64,000 bases of DNA from an uncultured delta proteobacterium (GTDB lineage: Bacteria > Myxococcota_A > Polyangia > Haliangiales > Haliangiaceae): NCBI GenBank assembly GCA_963848295.1, contig CAWKDB010000010.1, forward strand, positions 1,280,001 to 1,344,000, in the 5' to 3' direction. This document shows positions 59,846 through 64,000 of the stretch, piece after piece (position 1 is the stretch's first letter; each line of letters begins with the position of its first letter). Under the pieces are notes generated by a model. The model searched no databases, was not told the DNA's origin, and saw only the letters and a list, made by a program, of their open reading frames with translations. The translations under genes and the position numbers were made by a program.

Positions 59846-62128
59846 TCAATTCGTCGAGCAGGTCATGCGCACGCCGAGCGGTTGGGCGAGGAATGCGAGG
59901 CCATCCGCGAGCTGGCCATCGTCGTCGTCGCCCCAGCACGTCACGCTCTGATCGGACATCACGGCGCAGACCGAGTCGCCGCCCGACGAGATGTCGCTCA
60001 CCCCGGCGAGCCCGGGGATCGGCACGGCCGAGCCGCGATCCGTGTACGTGCCATCGCCGACCGCGCCCTCGCCGTTTCCGCCCCAGCACGACACCGTGTT
60101 GTCCGCGTTCAGCACGCAGCTCGACGTCCAGCCGGCGGCGACCTTCTTGACGCCGGAGCCGAGGTTTCTCACGGGCATCGGGCTCGTGACGTAGTCGTTC
60201 CCCCCGGTGCCGAGGTTGTCGTCGCCGTTGTAGCCCCAACACGACACGTTGCCGGCGCTATCGCGCGCGCACGTCTGTGCGCCTCTCGCCTCGAGCTCGA
60301 CGATGCCCGCGAGCCCCGGGACCGCAGCCGGCATCGCGATCGGATCGCCGGTCATGCCGTTGCCGAGCTCGCCGCTATAGTTCGAGCCCCAGCACATCAC
60401 CGTCATGTCGGGGGCGATCGCGCAGACGTGGCTATCGCCGACCGCGACGCCGAGCATCGCACCGGTCGGCAACCCGCCGACCGCGATCGGCACGTTGCTG
60501 TCGCCGCTCGCGCTCGGGCCGAGATCGCCATAGGAGTCCTGGCCCCAGCACATCAAGATCCCGCCGACGATCGCGCAGCTCTCCTCGCAGCCGATCGAGA
60601 TCTGGCTCGCCGGACCACCGAGCGCGACCGGCGCGGGGAACGCGCGTTCACTGTTCGTGCCGTCACCGAGCTCGCCGTACTCGTTCTTGCCCCAGCAGCT
60701 GACATTGCCCGTGGCATCGAGCGCGCACGTGTGATCGCACGCTCCGACGACGGTCTTGATATTCGCGGTGCCGGCGACCGCGGTCGGAGCCACGACGGCA
60801 TCGATCACGACGCCGCTGCCGACTTGGCCGTCCTCGTCGTTGCCCCAGCACTGCAACGCGCCGCTGACGATCGCGCACACATGACCGCCGCCGAGCCCGA
60901 TGCCCGAGACTCCGGTCAGGTTCGCGACCGCGACCGGCGCGTTCTGGCTGAGGTGGCGGCCATCACCGAGCTGACCGCGGCGGTCGTTGCCGACGCAGTC
61001 GATCGAGCTCGCGCTGTCCATCGCGCAGGTGAAGTCACCGCCGGCCGCGATGTGCGCGACGTCAGGAAACAACGCGACACCCGGTGAGCTGCTCGAGGAG
61101 CCGCCGGTGTTGTCGAGGCGATTGTCGTCGCCGTCGCCCCAGCACCACATGAGGTCGTTGCTATCGACCGCGCAGACGTGCTGCTCGCCGACCGAGATCT
61201 CGACGATCGTCGCCGGGATGCCGAGCTTGACCGGCGACGACTGGTCGTTCGTCTGGCTGTTGCCGATCTCGCCCTCGCCGCCGTGCCCGAAGCAGTAGAC
61301 CGCACCGCCCGACGTGAACGCGCACGTCGTCGGATGTTCACCGTCGCCGACCGCGACGCCCGCGACGCCGGTGAGGCCGGGCACTTGAGTCGGCGTCGAT
61401 TGCGTCATCGGCCCGCCGGTCCCGAGGCCGAGCTGGCCGACCGAGTTATCGCCCCAGCACCACAGCGACCCGCTCGCGTCGACCGCGCACGTGGAGTCGC
61501 CGCCCGCCGCGATCGACTTCATGTTCGAGAGCCCAGAAACCTGTTCCGGCATCGCGTGATCCGGTCCGGACGCGCCGAGCTGACCGGCGTTGTTGTGGCC
61601 CCAACACCAGACGCCGCCGTTGACCACGGCACACGAATGCTCGTCGCCGGTCGCGATCGCGGTCGCACCCGCGACGCCCATCGCGGTGACGGCGACGCGC
61701 GCATCGCTCATCGAGCCATCGCCGAGCTGGCCCGAGTCGTTGTGGCCCCAGCACATGACCGAGCCGGCGACGACCGCGCACGTGTGGGAAGTGCCGGCGG
61801 ACAACGCGGTGGCTCCGGTGACTCCCATCGCCTGCACCGGCAGCGCGCGATCGGTCGTGGAGCCGTCGCCGATCTGCCCCGACTCGTTGCGGCCCCAGCA
61901 CCAGACGGTGCCGTCGTCTTTGCGCAGCGCGCACGCGTGCTGCTCGCCGGCCGCGATCGCGGTGGAGCAGGCCGGCGCGGGCGGCTGCTCGGGCACACAC
62001 ACGTTCTCCTGGCACACGTAGTCGGTCGGACACTCGCCGTTCGGACCGCAGTTGTAATACGTGCCGGTGTAATCGGCGTCGAGCGTGCACGCCGAGACCA
62101 ACGTTACGAGTAGGACGAGTTGACGCAT
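59846..62128 (-). CDS. RCC1/BLIP-II repeat lipoprotein
   Basis: LVSAC lipobox; many HTCA..G.V.CWG.N..GQLG repeats. Confidence 0.92.
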   Translation of the reverse strand: MRQLVLLVTLVSACTLDADYTGTYYNCGPNGECPTDYVCQENVCVPEQPPAPACSTAIAAGEQHACALRKDDGTVWCWGRNESGQIGDGSTTDRALPVQAMGVTGATALSAGTSHTCAVVAGSVMCWGHNDSGQLGDGSMSDARVAVTAMGVAGATAIATGDEHSCAVVNGGVWCWGHNNAGQLGASGPDHAMPEQVSGLSNMKSIAAGGDSTCAVDASGSLWCWGDNSVGQLGLGTGGPMTQSTPTQVPGLTGVAGVAVGDGEHPTTCAFTSGGAVYCFGHGGEGEIGNSQTNDQSSPVKLGIPATIVEISVGEQHVCAVDSNDLMWCWGDGDDNRLDNTGGSSSSSPGVALFPDVAHIAAGGDFTCAMDSASSIDCVGNDRRGQLGDGRHLSQNAPVAVANLTGVSGIGLGGGHVCAIVSGALQCWGNDEDGQVGSGVVIDAVVAPTAVAGTANIKTVVGACDHTCALDATGNVSCWGKNEYGELGDGTNSERAFPAPVALGGPASQISIGCEESCAIVGGILMCWGQDSYGDLGPSASGDSNVPIAVGGLPTGAMLGVAVGDSHVCAIAPDMTVMCWGSNYSGELGNGMTGDPIAMPAAVPGLAGIVELEARGAQTCARDSAGNVSCWGYNGDDNLGTGGNDYVTSPMPVRNLGSGVKKVAAGWTSSCVLNADNTVSCWGGNGEGAVGDGTYTDRGSAVPIPGLAGVSDISSGGDSVCAVMSDQSVTCWGDDDDGQLADGLAFLAQPLGVRMTCSTN

Positions 62129-63174
62129 CAGAAGCCGCCTCCGAGGACAACGAGACCACCGCCGCTGATCGGCACCGCCGCGAGCCGAGCGCGCTCGCGA
62201 TCATGATGATCGGTGAGATAGAGGATCGCCGCCGTGATCGCGGTCGCACCCGCGACGCCCATGCCGATGTCGAACGACCACAGCTCGAGGTTCGCGCGAT
62301 TCTCGAGTGACTTCGCGTCGAGATACTGCCGACCGACACTCGTCGCGTCCCACTGAGCGAGCGTGTTGACGTCCGAGCGGCCGACAATGCCGAGGTACGT
62401 CGCGCCACCCGCGAGCGCGACCGTGATGCCGGTCCATAGCCACCACCTACCGATCAGCGGGCGGGGGTGATACGGCCCTGCCGGCTTGACCGGCTTCGCG
62501 CGCGCGACTCGCGTGTCTGCGGGTCGCGCTCGACCGACGATCACGAGCGGGACGTCGGGCGTGCCGACCTCGACGACGTGGTTCCCGTATTGGTCGAGCG
62601 CCGCGATCCGCAGATCGATGCGAGCGGCCTCCGGCAGCGGGATCACGATCGAGTCGATCCCGGCGCCGTCGATCGTCTTCTCCGGCTTGTCATCGGCGAT
62701 GAACACGACCCGGGCGCGCGTGATCAGGTGCAGGGGATCGTCCTCTATGACGAGCGTGACCTTCGGCGGATCGTCCGAGGTGTCGGCCTTGACCTTCACC
62801 GGCGGGTTCCGCTTCGAGAACTCGACCGCGAGCGCGAACGGCTTCGTGATTTTCGGCGACGTGCCCGCCGGCAACGCCCCGCGCGGATCGAGTGTGAGCC
62901 ACTTCTCGAACGCGGTGGTCGCGGCAGTCGGTTCGCCGAGCGCGGCGGCGACGATCCCGGAGAGCTTGTAGATCTCGGCGAGGTCGTCCGGCGACGCGTT
63001 GCCGGACTCGAGTGCGCTGGTCAGCGCGGCGCGCGCGGACGGATAGTCGGAGCCATCGACCGCCTTGCGGGCGTGATCGAGCGGCGAGGACTCGTCGGCA
63101 GACGCCCGACCGGCGCCGGCTGCGACGATCGCAGCGACGACGAGCCAACGCGTCGCCCGGCTCGGCGTGCCCAT
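62128..63174 (-). CDS. Secreted TPR protein with C-terminal membrane segments
   Basis: Signal peptide, TPR (IYKLSGIVAAALGE), SPKI motif, RWWLW TM, ends VVLGGGF. Confidence 0.7.
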   Translation of the reverse strand: MGTPSRATRWLVVAAIVAAGAGRASADESSPLDHARKAVDGSDYPSARAALTSALESGNASPDDLAEIYKLSGIVAAALGEPTAATTAFEKWLTLDPRGALPAGTSPKITKPFALAVEFSKRNPPVKVKADTSDDPPKVTLVIEDDPLHLITRARVVFIADDKPEKTIDGAGIDSIVIPLPEAARIDLRIAALDQYGNHVVEVGTPDVPLVIVGRARPADTRVARAKPVKPAGPYHPRPLIGRWWLWTGITVALAGGATYLGIVGRSDVNTLAQWDATSVGRQYLDAKSLENRANLELWSFDIGMGVAGATAITAAILYLTDHHDRERARLAAVPISGGGLVVLGGGF

Positions 63175-63183
63175 CCGTGCAGT

Positions 63184-64000
63184 CTACCATTCGAGGCGAA
63201 GCGGAAGCGCGGTCTTGCCCGACTCGATCGTGATCGATTTCGTGCGCGAGGCGCCGGAAGACAGCGTTGCGCGCACGGTATGGCGTCCGGGTCCAAGCTC
63301 GACGTTGACGAGCGGCGTATCGCCGAGGCGCCTGCCATCCACCGCGATGGTCGCGAACGGGCTCGAGTCGATCGTGATGAAACCCGGCGGGCCGCTGGGC
63401 TGAGCGGGATGCGGCTTCACCGCGGGTGGGCGCTTGTCGGGATGTGTCGGAGAGCGATGGGTCGAGCTCGCTGTCTCCGCAGCATCGGGCGCGACGACGC
63501 CGGCGTCGACGGCAGCCGCACCAGCGGGCGGTCGATCGACCGTGGGCGCAGCGACCGCCGCATCGGGATTCACCACGGTCGGCACGGGCATCGGCACGGG
63601 CACGGTCACCGGTGTCGGTGCGACCGCGACCGCGGGCTCCGCCTTGTGCTGCATGTACAGGTATCCCGCCGCCGCGATCGCCGCGAGCGCGAGCACCACG
63701 CCGGCGATCCCGACCACCCACAGCAGCTTCGACGAACGCGGCAGCGCGACCTGCATCGTCGCGGTCTTCGGCGGCGTCGCCACGATCATCGGTTGCGACC
63801 GCGGCGACAACGCACGCTTCGGCAGCGGCGTCGGATCGCGCAGCGCGCCACCACCTTGGCGCGCGACGAGCTCGGCGACCTCGGCCTGCGCCTCGAGCCC
63901 CTTGCGATAGAGGTTCGACACCGGCGTCGTCATCTGCTCGCCGAGCGGATTCTCCTCGTCGAGATCCCAGGCTCGGCCCTCGCGCGCTTCTTGGAGCAGC
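63184..64000 (-). CDS. C-terminal part of a TM/PEGA protein, probably a Ser/Thr kinase (5' end outside window)
   Basis: TM LLWVVGIAGVVL, Pro-rich linker, PEGA-like GFITIDSSPFATIAVDG..LGDTPL..GRHTV; the kinase domain is not visible and is inferred from typical myxobacterial architecture. Confidence 0.6.
   Translation of the reverse strand, partial: LLQEAREGRAWDLDEENPLGEQMTTPVSNLYRKGLEAQAEVAELVARQGGGALRDPTPLPKRALSPRSQPMIVATPPKTATMQVALPRSSKLLWVVGIAGVVLALAAIAAAGYLYMQHKAEPAVAVAPTPVTVPVPMPVPTVVNPDAAVAAPTVDRPPAGAAAVDAGVVAPDAAETASSTHRSPTHPDKRPPAVKPHPAQPSGPPGFITIDSSPFATIAVDGRRLGDTPLVNVELGPGRHTVRATLSSGASRTKSITIESGKTALPLRLEW

Overview
This is a very GC-rich (about 70% by eye), gene-dense bacterial window. 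Its many Cys-rich lipoproteins, PEGA/TPR/RCC1/TSP3 proteins, an FHA-GGDEF and an MXAN_2562-like barrel suggest Myxococcota, possibly Haliangiales/Kofleriaceae-like (inference). Housekeeping or known modules: etfA (partial), Bax inhibitor-1, MoxR-DUF58-transglutaminase, M16 and M13 peptidases, pckA, GH63-like and glycogen-debranching glucosidases, and mutS2. The most notable items read from the sequence are: (1) a 2,314-bp insertion sequence (5832-8145) with a 752-aa DDE transposase, 16-bp terminal IRs and a TGCA duplication, inserted in a 12-bp palindrome and splitting a beta-barrel-like gene that rejoins in frame; (2) a family of GGGGACG-headed repeats between convergent genes at about 3.8, 42.7 and 54.5 kb; (3) a polyprotein-like fusion (Cys/Fn3 domain, internal CFI-box-CTERM-like signal, second signal peptide, OM barrel) flanked by two toxin-antitoxin pairs; (4) a degenerate PilT-like ATPase co-oriented with an FHA-GGDEF cyclase and mutS2; (5) a lipoprotein amidohydrolase with OB-fold and lamin-tail domains; (6) a RoxA-like dihaem cytochrome c; and (7) sigma54 promoters, one with candidate enhancer repeats. 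Several small frameshifts may be assembly errors. No tRNA, rRNA or true CRISPR array was seen. All family assignments come from motif recognition by eye, not from database searches.
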